From the NCBI GenBank assembly GCA_003971905.1, contig RSEE01000049.1:186001-250000 (forward strand): DNA of 64,000 nucleotides, given 5' to 3'. Made by a program: the position numbers and the translations under genes. The notes under the pieces are model-generated. The model worked only from the letters and a program-made list of their open reading frames with translations. It ran no database searches and was not told the origin of the DNA. The stretch comes from Moniliella sp. 'wahieum'. Lineage: Eukaryota. Positions 23,963 through 36,567 of the stretch are shown here, piece by piece. Every line of letters starts with the position of its first letter. The first letter of the stretch is position 1.

Positions 23963-24034
23963 GGGCGGATAGCTCAGGGGTAGAGCGCTTGCTTAGCATG
24001 CATGAGGTCCGGGGTTCAATTCCCTGTTCGTCCA
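23963..24034 (+). tRNA. tRNA-Ala(AGC)
   Basis: Cloverleaf GGGCGGA/TTCGTCC with the G3:U70 alanine identity pair, anticodon loop TT-AGC-AT, TTCAATT T-loop, followed by T6 terminator. Confidence 0.95.
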
Positions 24035-24190
24035 TTTTTTTGGCTGCGCGGCAGACTGGGCTCCTGCGAGCGTGCTGGCTTACGTATGGCGCGGGCGGAG
24101 GCGGAGGCTTTGGCGCTGCGGCGCGCATGCAAGCACACCCTGCGCGCTGCCGGCCCCACCACCACCTCCGCCCGAGCCCACCCGAGTCCA

Positions 24191-24718
24191 ATGAGCAGCG
24201 AGCCAGCCGGCGCACCCGACACGCCGCAGGGTGTGGTTGCGTCCGACGCGCCGCCCCTGCGTGCGGTGATCAAGAACGTCGACATGACGGCCGAGATGCA
24301 GGCGAGTGCGATTGCGCTGGCGCAAGAAGCGCTGCGCGCCCACGCTCGAAAAGGATATGGCCGCCTTTACCAAGAAACGCCTCGACGCGCTGTTTGGGCC
24401 GACGTGGCGAGCGTCGTTGGCCGGGCATTCGGATCCTACTGCACACACGGTACGTTGCCCCTTCCCTCTGCGCCCTTGCTCCCCCTGCGTTTCCCACCAC
24501 GTTTCTCGGCGGGCTGGACACGCCCCTGACCCTCTTCCTTCCTCTTTCTACCCTTGGGGGTTCACGCGAACAGAAGTACGGCACTTTATCTACTTTTGTA
24601 CGTTCCTCTTCCTCCCCCCCCCCCCCGGCCCAGTTGGGCGGGTTGCACAGCACCACTGACCACCGCCACGTGTTTGCCAGATTTGGGCGACTACGCGTTC
24701 CTCTTCTGGCGCGCCTAG
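24191..24718 (+). CDS. DYN2: Dynein light chain LC8 family protein (2 introns, frameshifts)
   Basis: AVIKNVDMTAEMQ...EKDMAAFTKKRLDALFGPTW..VVGRAFGSYCTH|EVRHFIYF|YLGDYAFLFWRA*, assembled across two GTACGT...CAG introns. Confidence 0.88.
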
Positions 24719-24999
24719 CCAGCTACTAGCGTCCTATCCCTCCTGCCTTGCATCCACCCCCGGTGGCCATCCGTTGGCGTGTTGGAACAAACACACACCA
24801 CACACAACCAGTCAAATGTGATGGGCGGCGTATGGGGCGCACCCCTCCTCTGGGCGCCTTTCCTGAGTCTGTGCTGGCACACGAAAATGAAAATGGAGAT
24901 GAAGATGGAGATGGAATGGGCATTGGGCAGGGCATGACAATGATCGAGAGAAAGAAAGAGGCCTGGGCACCAACCCAGTCCTTACTTCAGTACTCCCCA

Positions 25000-26554
25000 C
25001 AGCCCTAGCCCGCCGCGACCAATCCCAACGCGAGCAGGAGCGAAGCATAAGTCACTTGGCAAACCCAGCCGCCGGCACCCCAAAGTGCCAGTGGCGCTGA
25101 CCCCAAAGTGGAGTAGGATGAGAGCGGAGAGAGTGGGAGCGTAAGTGGAGAGCGGGGGCAGGAGAGGATGGATGTGGGGTGGCGGGTTGGGTGATGGTGG
25201 GCTGGTTGGGGCTGGCGAGGACAAATGGGCGGCGATGCCTGAAGTGGGGTCCCAGGGGGTCAAAGGATCGGCCTTGAGCGCCCGCCAACGCCGCGGCCAT
25301 GATGAGCTTTTCAGGGGCGCAGAGGGGAGGGGAGGGGAGAGGGGGTTAATACGTTACTACCGAGAACATGACCCAACGAGGAGCGCACACATACCGTTGT
25401 TCCCAGGCTAAATAGGACCCCATCAATGCGCCACAGCACGAAAGAGACACTGGCACGTCAGGTAGGGGAGCCCCCAGGGTAGCTTCCAATGCGCGCTGTT
25501 CATGCAGCCGGACTTGCTCTTCAAAGTCCTCTTCTTCCTCCTCTGCTTCACTTTCTTTCACACTCGCCCACCTGGACCAAGTCGAGGTCGTGTTGTGCTT
25601 GGAGCGCATCCCGAGCCTGGACCAACTGTTCGGCGCGAGCTCAACCCGGGTGCAGGAGCCAGGTCGTCGCGGTCCCAAGCTCGGCGGGTGGAAACGGCGG
25701 CAGTAGCAGCGGGGGCGGTGGCGGTGACGTGGTGTGCGAGGCAGTGAGGGGGCGGAAGAGCACTTCGGCACCAGGAGGGCGGTAGAGCTCCAGTTGGCCC
25801 AAAATCTGGAACGAGCCACCACCGTTTGGGCCCCCCCCAGCCGAGACTGGTCCACAGCGCCATGCTAAACCGGGGATCTTGGGCGCCCACGCCCATCCAC
25901 CCGTGGCCCGGTGCGAAGGGATCGGATTCCGCTCCTCTTCCTTGCCCACCCCACACGAACCGCATCTCGGCGAGCAGCAGCGCATTGGCAGTGCCAAAGC
26001 GCCCAGACGAATCAGTTCACAGCAGCGGTGTGCAAAAGACACTCAGGCCTCCGTTCCCGGCACGGGCTCGGTATCTCTGCCTCGGCCAGGGGAGCAGGGG
26101 CAATCCCACTCCTCCAGCCCATCCGCTTCGGCCTGGCGCAGGCACGACGGCGCAGCAACGCACGCACGGCAAGGCTGGCCCAGGCAGCGACGCGCCAGGA
26201 CGCGGTGCGCATGCTCCAGGAAGCCAACCAAACAACGGCGCCGAGCACAGTGACGGCAGCCGTGAGCGACGGGTGGAGGGCAGCATCGCACTGGGGCATC
26301 GACCTTGGGCGGGAGCAGCAGCAGTGGGGCGGTGCTCGGGCGGGGCAGCACAGCAGCAGGCAGGCGCGCGGCGCGCGGCGATGGCGAGGATAGTAGGAGG
26401 AGGGCAAGCGGGGTGAGAGAGGGATGTGGCGGAGGCGGAGGCGGCGCCACTCGTCGGCGTCGACGAGGACGCCGGTGCTGCCAAAGGTCCAGGCGGAGGA
26501 GAGCGCGGGCGGGGCATCGTAGCAGATGGCAGGCGGCGGCAGCGGGACAGGCAA
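25000..26554 (-). CDS. Probable hypothetical protein (fragmented; boundaries uncertain)
   Basis: Chain of coding-like GC-rich ORF pieces (MPVPLPPPAICYD..., ...SEAEEEEEDFEEQ) with plausible splice signals near 25370-25465. No family recognised. Confidence 0.3.
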
Positions 26555-26807
26555 GCAGGCGAACAGGCGAGCCGGCGAACAATCGCGCGTTGGTACAGGG
26601 TGGTCCTCGGACTTCTCCGTACCCAGTTACTCGTAGTAAGCGCTCGGTTGCGTCTGCGGCCAGATTCACATCTCAGACTGAGTGCCACGGCCGCATTGCA
26701 GCGTTCAGTTTCAACTTGCAATCCCACCTGCCGTTTCTGGCCCCGACGTGCCATTCGCAGATCCACGTACGTCGTAGCTCCTCTTCCGCCGCCATCGCGC
26801 CCGCGTC

Positions 26808-28560
26808 ATGCCCCCGCCCCGGCCCACCCCCAACGCGGGAAATGCGGCCTCCTCGTCGCTCTACGCGCCGGCGGCATCCTCCCCTCCGCCCCTCCCGCGC
26901 CCCCCCCAGCACCCACCCCCCCTGCGCGCCCATCCCCGAGGACCAACCGCTGACGCATGGCACCATCGCCCCCCAGCCTGCCCCTTGGAGCGCCGCCCTT
27001 CGCTTCGAGCCGCGGGCCGCCGCCCGCAAACGGCCTCGTCCATGCCTCCTCTATCTCCGCCATCTCCACCGCGTCGTCATTGGACAGCCGCGTGCCTCCC
27101 TCGCCTCTTCCCCAGTTGCCCTCGTCCCTCGTTCTCCGCTCCGCCGCTCCACCAGCTCCACCGCCTCCACCGCCCCCAGCAGCGCCCGCTGCCATCCGCT
27201 CCTCCCCTCTCTAACAGCAACGCCCAGCACGGTTCGCTCCCCCCCCTCTCTCCCTCCCCGCTGACGAGGTGGAGGCAGAACGGATCTTGGCCAAGGCCGA
27301 TGCGCAGCGGTGGGGAACCCATCCCGACCTCGTGGCATGCGCCGCCCATCACTTCCAACCCCTGTCCTATCGCGCAAACGGACGCTTTGTGCTTTCCTCC
27401 TCTACCTCCACCTCCTCCGCCTCCTCCTCCACCGTCGCCTCCTCTGCCATCCAATCTCCTCTGCAAAATATGCAAGCAGATTATGATCCGCGAGTCCCCA
27501 ATGAGTTACCCTCTATGTCCAACTGCGGCAACAGCGTGCGCGTGCGCTCAAGGACCACCCTACTCTCCGTCTCCACCAGCACGCCCCCTTGGCTCAGAGG
27601 ACGAGGAAGCGCCTCGACCTACCGCTACTGCTCGACCACCTGGGCCACCGCCTCCGGCCGCCGCCTCCGGGCCCGCCGCCTTCACGTCCTCTCCTACCAG
27701 TCCCACCTCCCCCGGGCCCGCCACCAGTTCCCCCTTCCTTCCTCTTCCCCCCCGATGGTGGGGACCCGACCGAAGCGGAACTGGGCCAAGACAAGCAGAA
27801 GACAGAAGCCCCAGGTACGAACGCCGTCGTAGGGGAGGACGCGGCGCCCAGAAGTGCCAACTTGCTGTGGATGCAACCTGCGCTTGGGCCAGCCAACCTG
27901 CCCGGACGGGCAGGTGCGTCGGGCTTTGCGGAGCGCATGATGGCTCTGTATGGCTACCGTGCTGGGGAAGGACTGGGGATCGAGCGGCAAGGAATCACGG
28001 AACCGTTACGGGTCCGGGTCGAAGGGCCCGAAGAGCGGCGGGTAGGCAAGATTGTTGATCTCAATCCGGCTCCCCTGGGCGAGGCGGAGCGAGACAAGTA
28101 TGGGATGGCGAGCGAGGCGGTGCACGTGTCGTGTTACCGGCCGCTGGACGGGGCGGCAGAACAGATCCGTACGTTGAACGTGGACGCTCCGTTCCCACTG
28201 CGAGCGGGTAGGCCAAGTGCGAAAAAAACATACTGACACAAGCAACAGGAGAGATGTGTGCCGAGTGGGGGGTGGTGCAGAAACTGGTCGTACATGCCGG
28301 AACGATTTTCGTGCGCTACACGGGCCCCGCGGCGCCTGGCGTGCGGTGCGCGAGTTGGACGGGTAAGATCCCTGTCCCTTGGGGGACGGGGCAAGCGCCC
28401 GGGGCACTGACACCCAGACAACGAATGAGAATGCGCGTGCTGACCTTTTGCTGTGTTTTTCGCCTCAAGCCGATCCTTGCTAGGTACAACAGTAACCGCC
28501 CGCTACTTTCCCTCGGCGCTGATGGATCAAGGAGTATATCAAGAGGAACGTCAATGATTA
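26808..28560 (+). CDS. SPF45/DRT111-like splicing factor (G-patch plus C-terminal RRM/UHM; introns and frameshifts)
   Basis: SLYA near the N-terminus, WSAALRFEP, the DYDPRVPN motif, G-patch GFAERMMALYGYRAGEGLGIERQGITEPL, then RRM-like CAEWGVVQKLVVH..IFVRY. Ends are approximate. Confidence 0.78.
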
Positions 28561-29385
28561 ATGACGCCCCCCTGTGCAGCCAACCGAACAGCCCGGATAC
28601 ACTACGGGTAAACGCTGCTGCCACTGTTCTACAACAGAAGGGCATTTTGAGGCCTCAACCAATTCTCAACGTTCGACCTGATTGGTGCTGAGGCTCAGCG
28701 CTAAGGGATGAGGGATGAGGCAGAAAATGTAGAGAGGAAAATAATGCAATGTGCGGGGAGAGGCAACCGCCAAGCGGCGCTCAGGAGGGGCAGGACCAGT
28801 CAGAGATAAAAGTTGGTATAGGTATCAGCATGCGGCCCGAAGACCGTCAGCCTGACGTGCAAATAAAAAGAGTAGTCATCATGGTGTTGCTGCCCCTCCG
28901 AGGCCGCTCAGGCAGTCGCGCGGCGACCCGGACGATGGAATGGAAAACAGAGGTCAGAGGATCCAACAAACACACACACAAACTCGCATCTGCCCAGCAG
29001 ACGAGTACACTAGGGGAAGAAGACACATCATCATCCCGGTGGGGGTGCACCCAAGCACGCAAGAGAGGTCAAGAGAAAGTGGACGGGTGCGTGCAGACGC
29101 GCAGCAGAGTGCGCGGGGCACAGCCGCTGAACTTCTTGGGGATGGTGCTGGGGTAGAGAAAGAAGAAACCGGCGAAGAAAACGCAGTTAAAAATCAAGAG
29201 CGGAATTGGGCAAGTGCGCGGAACGGGGGGCGGAACTGGCGCCGGACGGCTCCTGCGTTGGGGCTGAACGGGTGCGTGCGAACAAAGGCAACCCGGCCAG
29301 GCCCGGGTGGGCGCCAGCAAACGGTTCGTATTCCGTGGCGGAGCGCTCGGACGTCCGCTGGGCCACACCACCGTTGCTGACCGCC

Positions 29386-30634
29386 ATGTCGCTCCGGAGC
29401 GGGATCAAGCGCTTCGTGTCGCGCTCGCTGCTCAACCTTTCGCGCAATGTGGAGGACGTGGTGGAGATGAAGTCGTTCAAGCGGCCCGGTGGCGGCGTGC
29501 TGCCGCTGTGGCAAATGGACACACGGAGGACCTGGACAACTTTGCGCTGGGGTCCGACAAGGACATTGGGGGGCTGTCGACGTGCGAGCTGGTGTACGAT
29601 GGCGAGCAGCAGTCGGGCCGGTTCCGGGGCACCATCACCTCGGACATTCCGCGCGGCGCACGGCTGGGCCGGAGTGGGTATGCGGCGCTGCGCAACCGGA
29701 TCGGCCAGGCGTTTGCTGGCAACGCGTATGACGACGCTACTTCCCTGCCCTACCTCGTGCTGCGGGTGCGCGACCACCTTGCTGGCCCGCCGGCGCCCGG
29801 GTATGACCCTGCGGCACCGACCACTGTCATGTCCGAGGTGGAGAAGTTGTTGCTAACGGCAATGGAAGGGACTCAGAACGCACCCCATGCACTGCCCCCT
29901 ACCCATCTTTTTCCCGGTTCGGTGCAGAGACGGTTCCGACCGACCTCTCTCTCCGCATGTCGGGGCACATCCCTAACGCGGACGTGCGCCGTGCGCTTGC
30001 GCAGGTCGCTAAGGACCGGCCGCCCGGCGAGGCCAAGGCGATCTGGGCGCTGGGCTTGGGGGTTCGAGAGCCGCCGGGTCCCAAGTACTATGTCAATGTG
30101 CAATCCGCCAATGTGAACCTTGCCAATCCGTTTGATTTGTTCCAGCACCGTCTCTGGCTCGACCCTCGTGCTGGCAACGAATGGCAGACGGTCGTCATTC
30201 CCTTTGATGCGTTTGCTGCCTTTGCCCAAGGTACGGTGCAGTTCTCGGAACGCAAAATGCACCGCGATGCGATTGCCAGCGTGGGCATCAGTGCGTTTGT
30301 CGAACCGCCGAACGGAGTCTTGGCCCGTCGGCCAGGGGCGATCGGCTCCCGTGGCCTCGCTGCCCTCCGCCGAGCCGACACAAGTGCGGTACCGGTCAAG
30401 CTGAACAAATCCCAAGCTGCCCAGCAGGAGACAGAGACGCCAGAGCCTGAGGCCGAGGAAGGACGCTCGAGCCTGTATGCAGCAGATGAGTCTCTCTTCC
30501 GCCCTACTGCCACCACCCCGCCACAGCGTCCCAAGGCGGCCACTTTCAACTTTGATCTTGGTATCGAGTCGGCCATGGCGACCGGGACAGGGTCCATGGA
30601 CGAGCTCTATCTGCTTGAGATGGACTACATCTAA
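29386..30634 (+). CDS. CIA30: Complex I intermediate-associated protein 30 (NDUFAF1 family; frameshifted)
   Basis: Mitochondrial-type leader, then GSDKDIGGLSTCEL, RSGYAALR, YLVLRVR, YYVNVQ, DLFQHRLW, WQTVVIPF, SVGIS and FDLGIES motifs. Confidence 0.88.
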
Positions 30635-30947
30635 GGAACAGTGAATGGCTATCCTCCACCATCTCCTGTTTGGGAACCGACTAGATTTTGATTGGCACAG
30701 CTGCACCTGCCGTGCCTTGTATTTTGATAGTCAGGAAGATGAAGCGCTGGGAAATGGATTTTGGAAGAGATTCATTGACGCTGTTGTTGCTGTGTGAGAG
30801 CTGAAGCGCCTTGTTAGTCTTGCGCATGGGTCGTAATTGCACTGACAGATTGTCAAGGCAGTCACGTCTGCGTGTCCATGTGGTCACTATAGACAAGAGT
30901 TTTGAGCACCATCAGTTGGTGTTCCACAGTATTTCGTTCCACGGAAT

Positions 30948-31800
30948 CTCTATACTGCATCCATATCATTGACAGAGCTTAAGGCTGGGACAGGGAAACG
31001 CTACGCCTAAACCGAACCGTTCATCTTGCGTGGCTTACTTAGTAGCCCCACCAATGTTAAGGAACCAGGAGGATCGCCAGGATATCAGGACCCTTTCGTG
31101 CTCGCTATCCGGTCCCTTACCGTAGGTAGCGCGTGTAGACACGGATGAACGTGGTAGACATCCGAGCGAGGAACCATTTCCATTGAGACTCAGTAGCCAA
31201 ATCCTTCCAATGCGCAAATATCTTGCCCGCTGTCTTGGTGCCGTAGTATCCTCGCGTCGTCAAAACCAGGAGAGGAAACGGCTCTTGAGTGCGTCCCTGG
31301 TACTTGGCGTTCTTGTCGCATTCTGTTTGTTCCAGCAGCCGAATCAGCTCCTTCTCCCGGCATTCCAAAGGCGTCGCGGTGCTCTCATGCGCCACTTTCC
31401 GGTACGTACGCGCTGTGCGTCTCCTGCGTTTCCGTGTCGCGCAGCGTGTGGTCCACCTCCATTCCTGATCCTCCGATTGCTCCAGGCCCCATCACGCGGT
31501 AGTCGGTGCGCAGCGCCTTCCACCCACGTCTCGACCCATCCTCTTCCTCCACAGCAGGTTCGTTGCGGACGTGGGTGTCGGGTTCGTTTCTGGGGCTATT
31601 GTAGTCCTGTGGGTAAATAGTATGGGAAGTTTTCCCCTCTGTGTCCATCTGTGATCTTTGCAACAGATTAGATGATGCGAACCTCGCCTCCCTCTCCCTC
31701 GTTTGTTTCGGTTTTATTAGCGTCGTCTCGTATTCTTTTATAGGTCGGGCCTGTATGGCCCTTGAGACATGTTCTTTGTTCCTTGTCGTCGACATTTCAG
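30948..31800 (-). mobile_element. Degenerate, 5'-truncated non-LTR retrotransposon with restriction-like endonuclease (CRE/Cnl1-like)
   Basis: Broken ORFs 31385..31795 (EPAV...LRTDYRVMGPG...MEVDHTL) and 31117..31395 (REKE...KY...FPLLVLTTRG..G...HWK) resemble the C-terminal restriction-like endonuclease of CRE-clade LINEs. The 3' tail is shared with three shorter copies in the window. The 5' boundary is approximate. Confidence 0.7.
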
Positions 31801-32681
31801 TCTCGAGTGTGTCCTCTTCGTCGTATATATACGGATATTCATTTTGACCCTATACTCACGCCCGCTTCACGACATGCCATCCATATTATTGACCTCGTGG
31901 ATAGTGGTATACTGCAGGGAGTTGGGCATTCTCCAATGCCAATCCGACACTACAGAGTCGACTTTTTGTTCCAGTGACTAGTGATAGGACATGACCGAAT
32001 GGCCGACTCTGCCTGCGTCGCGCTTTCCCAGACAATCATTTAGGACCACGGACTACCGCGGGGCGTTTACAGTCGTGCTCGATGCGGCGTTTTGATGCGA
32101 ACCGACGTCTCGATTAAATGGGCCTCACCTTCCCTCTGGCTCCATTGCGATGCCAAGAGTGTTAAACGTTCAGCATGGATCTGCCTTGTATATGGAGTCT
32201 GTTCACCTCCAAAGAAAATCCCCTAAAGTGTATGTGGACCCCCACGACACGCCTCTCAATCCCAAGTCCGTCCATGACAACCGCAGGGTGAAGTCCACAT
32301 GACGATTATATTCTAGCAACAGGCCACAGATTCACGCCAGAGAAGCGCCCGTGAAGAGGCGTCTTACGCTTCTCTTGTCGGTCAAAGAAGAAGCGCCTTG
32401 TTGACCGGGACCATTGACACTCCGCTCTTCGATTATGCAGATTGTGCCAGTTTAGAGAAGAGCAAAAGGCAGTATAAATTCTGACCATTGATGTGGAATT
32501 TTGATGATTGAACGTGGTTCAGGCTGAGCTATCAGGCTGATAGCTGATACATCTGATGTGATCAGATGAGATCTACAGCACACAGTTCATCGATGAACGA
32601 TCATCTCGATCATCGACCTTATATCTACGCCAGAACTGTAAGGTTACAAGATCGACCGGAGCGCTTTTATTATACAAGCAA

Positions 32682-32772
32682 CACACGCCGGATGAACGGG
32701 TCTTCGGTTTAGGCGTAGCGTTTCCTTGTCCCTGCCTTAAAAGCTCTTTGAATGATATGGTTACAGTATAGG
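32682..32772 (+). mobile_element. Short 3'-tail fragment of the same non-LTR element
   Basis: GATGAACGG..CGGTTTAGGCGTAGCGTTTCC..CCTTAA..GCTCT..AATGATATGG matches the shared tail. Confidence 0.7.
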
Positions 32773-35180
32773 GATCATATAGGCCCTATACTCTCCCAGA
32801 TTGCAGCGCTGCTCTAGAAGCTCTGGAATAGATAAGGGAGCTACGACATGTGAAGAGGGCTATAGATAGGATGCCTATGGGGCATTTGGAGCCCTACTAT
32901 CTATATAGCGGGGGGTCTCTCTTCTTCCTACAGGGAACACGGGAGATAATGTTATCGTTTGCAATTCATGACATATTCAGCAGTGATCACCCTCTTATGT
33001 TCCTTCTTTGCATTTTTCCTCCGAAGCCGAGAAGTGTATTTTTTACATAGGCCTTGTTCGAACCCCTATTTCTCCTCCAACAGAGGTGCTGCATTGCCTC
33101 AGGCCTCAGCCTCAGCCTCAGCCTTAGGCACATGCATCTGAAGTTTGGAAGGAGGCCCCCTCTGAAGCGTGAGTAAAGATATCAATGTCTTTTTCACGTC
33201 AAAACGCGTCTTCAACGTACAACAAAGACATCATTGCCGCCAGCGCATTGCGCTTTACTCCTTCATAGAGTTTCTCGGCCCAAAACACTTGACGAGTTCC
33301 ATCGATCTGGCAGTGGTTTCCCTTTGGACAGCGAGTGGAGTTTTTCGGAGTGTGTGGGGATAAAAGCGCATAGCGCACAGATGCGGGTATAACATGTCAC
33401 ATTGTCACAGGATAGAAGAGGATATTGAGTGTAATAACCGTGTGTATAACCATTTACACTCCGGATGTACTCCTATGGTTCGGTTGGTTGCGGGGGGTAG
33501 ACAAATGATAGCCAATTGCACCCTATGGAACCTTCCTGCAATGGTTTAGGTGATTTCCAGGTGTGGAGCAGTTGTCGCAGAATCATGAATCACACGTGAC
33601 GCGCGTGACATTCAGATCAAAGGACCCTTGAGGCTGAGGGTGTGAGGCTGAGGGCGCTGAGGGGGCTCAGCTGATGCATGCTTGGATGTCTGGTGCATGC
33701 TAGGGCTATTAGCTGTGGGGCGGTGTAGCGTGGAACACGTGAAGATAAAGTGACATGCTTATCATTGCCAAGCAATAATTTCCCGATTCACGAGTGCCTG
33801 CACCAAAAGGCGCAAGGGTACCCCCAGGGTGCACCCTGATGCACCCGCGTTACAAGCTGCAGGCCTTGCGCTGGAGTGGCGTGTATGATAGGATCGATGG
33901 TCGAGCTAGTCGCAGATCGATGGAAAGCGGTTCCGAACACGCACGCACGTAGTCACTTGTCGCATGGCCCATCCGCCCCAGCGGACAGCAGAGGAGCCGG
34001 TACAGCCGCGCCACCGCGCGCGGGTGGCGGTCGGTGGTTACGACCACCGGCCTAACTCGGTTTCAATGTTCAACACGTTGAACGTTCGTTTTCGTCACTC
34101 GGCCACTGGGGCACGCGGCAAAGTGGAGTTAGTCGGGCAGGGTGAAGCAGGGTGCCAACAGCCGATGGCGGGTTACCGGTTACGGTGACTTTTCAAGCTT
34201 CAAGCTTCAACTCCTGAGCTTGAGCGCTGAGCCTCACGCGCTGAGCCCTTGAGCTTGAAGTCAAGCTTGAAGCTTGAGTTTGGAGCTAGAAGCTTGAAGC
34301 TTGGAGTGAAGAAGAGTGGAGCCGAGACACGCGGGTGCACTGGACCGCCATGTGGCTTTCGTTTTTACCTGCTCAGGTGCTCAGGCCCCTGACCGGTGAC
34401 CTGTGACCTGACTCAGTACTCAGGTCCTCAGGCCTCAGGGGCCTCAGGCCTGAGAATCTGAAAGCTGCTACGTACACGATGCTCGACGATCGATATGTCG
34501 ATGAAGCAGAGCCAAGCCGTGCACACCATAGGGTCGGCCTGGGGCTGTCTAGGGGGCATGGTGCAGGGCATCGTCTGCTGTAGTAAGCCCTGATAGACCC
34601 TGGTCTTAGGCCATCGTGCTGTCGGAGTAGAGAGTGGCTAGTGTGGGGTGATTAAAAGGTGATCAATGATTAATGACTAAGGTCGATGTGATTAGTGCAC
34701 TATTCGTGACTAGGTCACAATCAGATGGGCTTGCCCCGACAGAAGGACAGCACTGCGCCCGAGTAGACTGGCAACACAGAATCGAAGAAGATGTGCAAGA
34801 CGGCAAGCCAGCAAGCCAGCAGCGGTGGTAACCGAGAACTGAGAGCATCAAGCTGCAAGCTTCAAGGTGAGCCTCAGGAGCACTGCTGACCATCTCAAAA
34901 AGCAACCAAATGCACCTTCCGCGCAGCCATGGAAACCCTATACTGGGCGCCCCTCGGCTTAGAATTCGGCCGCCACACACATTCGCCAACACTTGTATCA
35001 CTATATCACATCCACCTAACCCGAGCCCGCTAAGAGCTAAGACCTTCGAAAAGTATGTAGTTGCATCTCAGTTTTGGTACAAGATCAGAATAAACGAGAA
35101 AAGACTTATAGATTTGTGACCACAGACCCATATGCCTTCGCGAATTTCCCCCTCAATCTCTACCCCCAACCACCACCACC

Positions 35181-36567
35181 ATGCCAAGTGTGGCTCATAC
35201 CACTGGCTATATTGTCATTGGCCTCTACATCAACCTCATCCTTTTTGGCGTTACCATCTGCCAGCTATGGCTGCTCTGGACGCGGTTTGTCCGTGACCCC
35301 TGGGGTCTCAAGCTTGTTGTCGCTTGGTGGCTATGGCAGAGGTGGCCAACACAGTGTGTGGGTGTATCGCTGTGTCGGACTGGCTCGTAACCCACTATGG
35401 CGAGATAGAGTACCTGGCCAACATTGGCCGCAGCTACATTGGTTCGATGCAATCGGCGCGATTAGCGCCTTCATTGTCGAATGCTTTTTGGCATGGAGGA
35501 TCCAGAGTTTGCGCCACCAGTGGTACCTGACTGCCATTATTGTCTTCTTTGCCATTGGCGGCCTAGTGGGATCGATTGCGACGATGATCGGCTGCTCAAT
35601 CCTCAAGGGCTTTGACCGCCTCAGCGTCATCCAGCCCGCCATCTTGGTTTGGAGCTGTTGTGTGGTGACATGTGACTTGATGGAGACCGTAGCGCTGTAC
35701 GCCACTCTCCGTCGAGCCCTAACCGGTTTTGCCAATACCGACACGCGCATCACTGAACTCAAAAACTTGATCCTTCAACGTCGGTCCTGACTATGATCTG
35801 TGACTTGTGCCACCTGCTTATTGTGGCGTTTGCAGTAAGTGCTGCACCCTCCACCCCGACCCCGTTTTGACCTTGCGGCGCAACATTTGGCCTTCAATTC
35901 TGACCTGTCCTCTTATACTTTTCTAGCCTGACTCGGAACTGCATTTGATGTTCAACATCATCTCACCCAAACTGGTGAGCAATGCGCTCTTATCCACCCT
36001 TAACACACGCCGCGCACCGCAAGAACTGATTGGGCAAGAAACGGAGGATCCCGCTCCACGTCGAAGCATGTGCGGGCCGATCAACTGGAAGAGCGTGTCG
36101 GGCCCAGAGTGGTTTTCAAAGCCATTCCGGTCATCCCGCCCACCCACATCATGTACGGGAACCAGGAAAAATCGAACTCCTTCCCCATGCCATCCCTCTT
36201 TCCTATGTCGCAACGGGATCCCGCCCCGGGTGCCGGAACTGTGCACATCACCATTCAGGAACAGTTCGGGCATTCTTCGTTCCAATTGGAGCCCGACCTC
36301 GAGCCCAGTGATGGTAGGCAGCCAACCGATGTTGAAAAGAAGGAAGGGGACGTGCCAGTTTCAATTTCAACTCAGCCCGCCCGACAATTCCCCTCCCATA
36401 CGCCTTCGCGTCGATCCAGCTCGGTTGGGGAGATCGCATAAGAGTTACCAGCTCGCAGCAGTTCCCGACCATAATCAGTCTCCCACCCCATATACCGTTT
36501 CTGCGTACTCATTACCACTTCTCCGACGCGCTCCTTGATCCCAGTTGCTCCTGACCTGGAGGCCTGA
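35181..36567 (+). CDS. Multi-pass membrane protein, DUF6534-like, paralog 1 (intron 35835-35926; frameshifts)
   Basis: IGLYINLILFGVTICQ...RDPWGLKLVV, FIVECFLAWRI, CDLMETVALYATLRRALTGFANTD, ISPKLVSNALLSTLNTR: typical of the basidiomycete DUF6534 membrane family. 3' end approximate. Confidence 0.8.

Noticed and set aside
25826..28058. Many long overlapping Pro/Arg/Gly-rich ORFs on both strands
   Set aside because: Expected shadow ORFs of very GC-rich coding DNA; only frames with recognisable motifs were used.
30948..32772. Inverted ~90-bp repeats resembling the TIRs of a 1.8-kb DNA transposon
   Set aside because: The same sequence occurs alone at 15.5 kb and 43.4 kb and is continuous with a LINE-like ORF end. 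Two oppositely oriented LINE tails explain it better.
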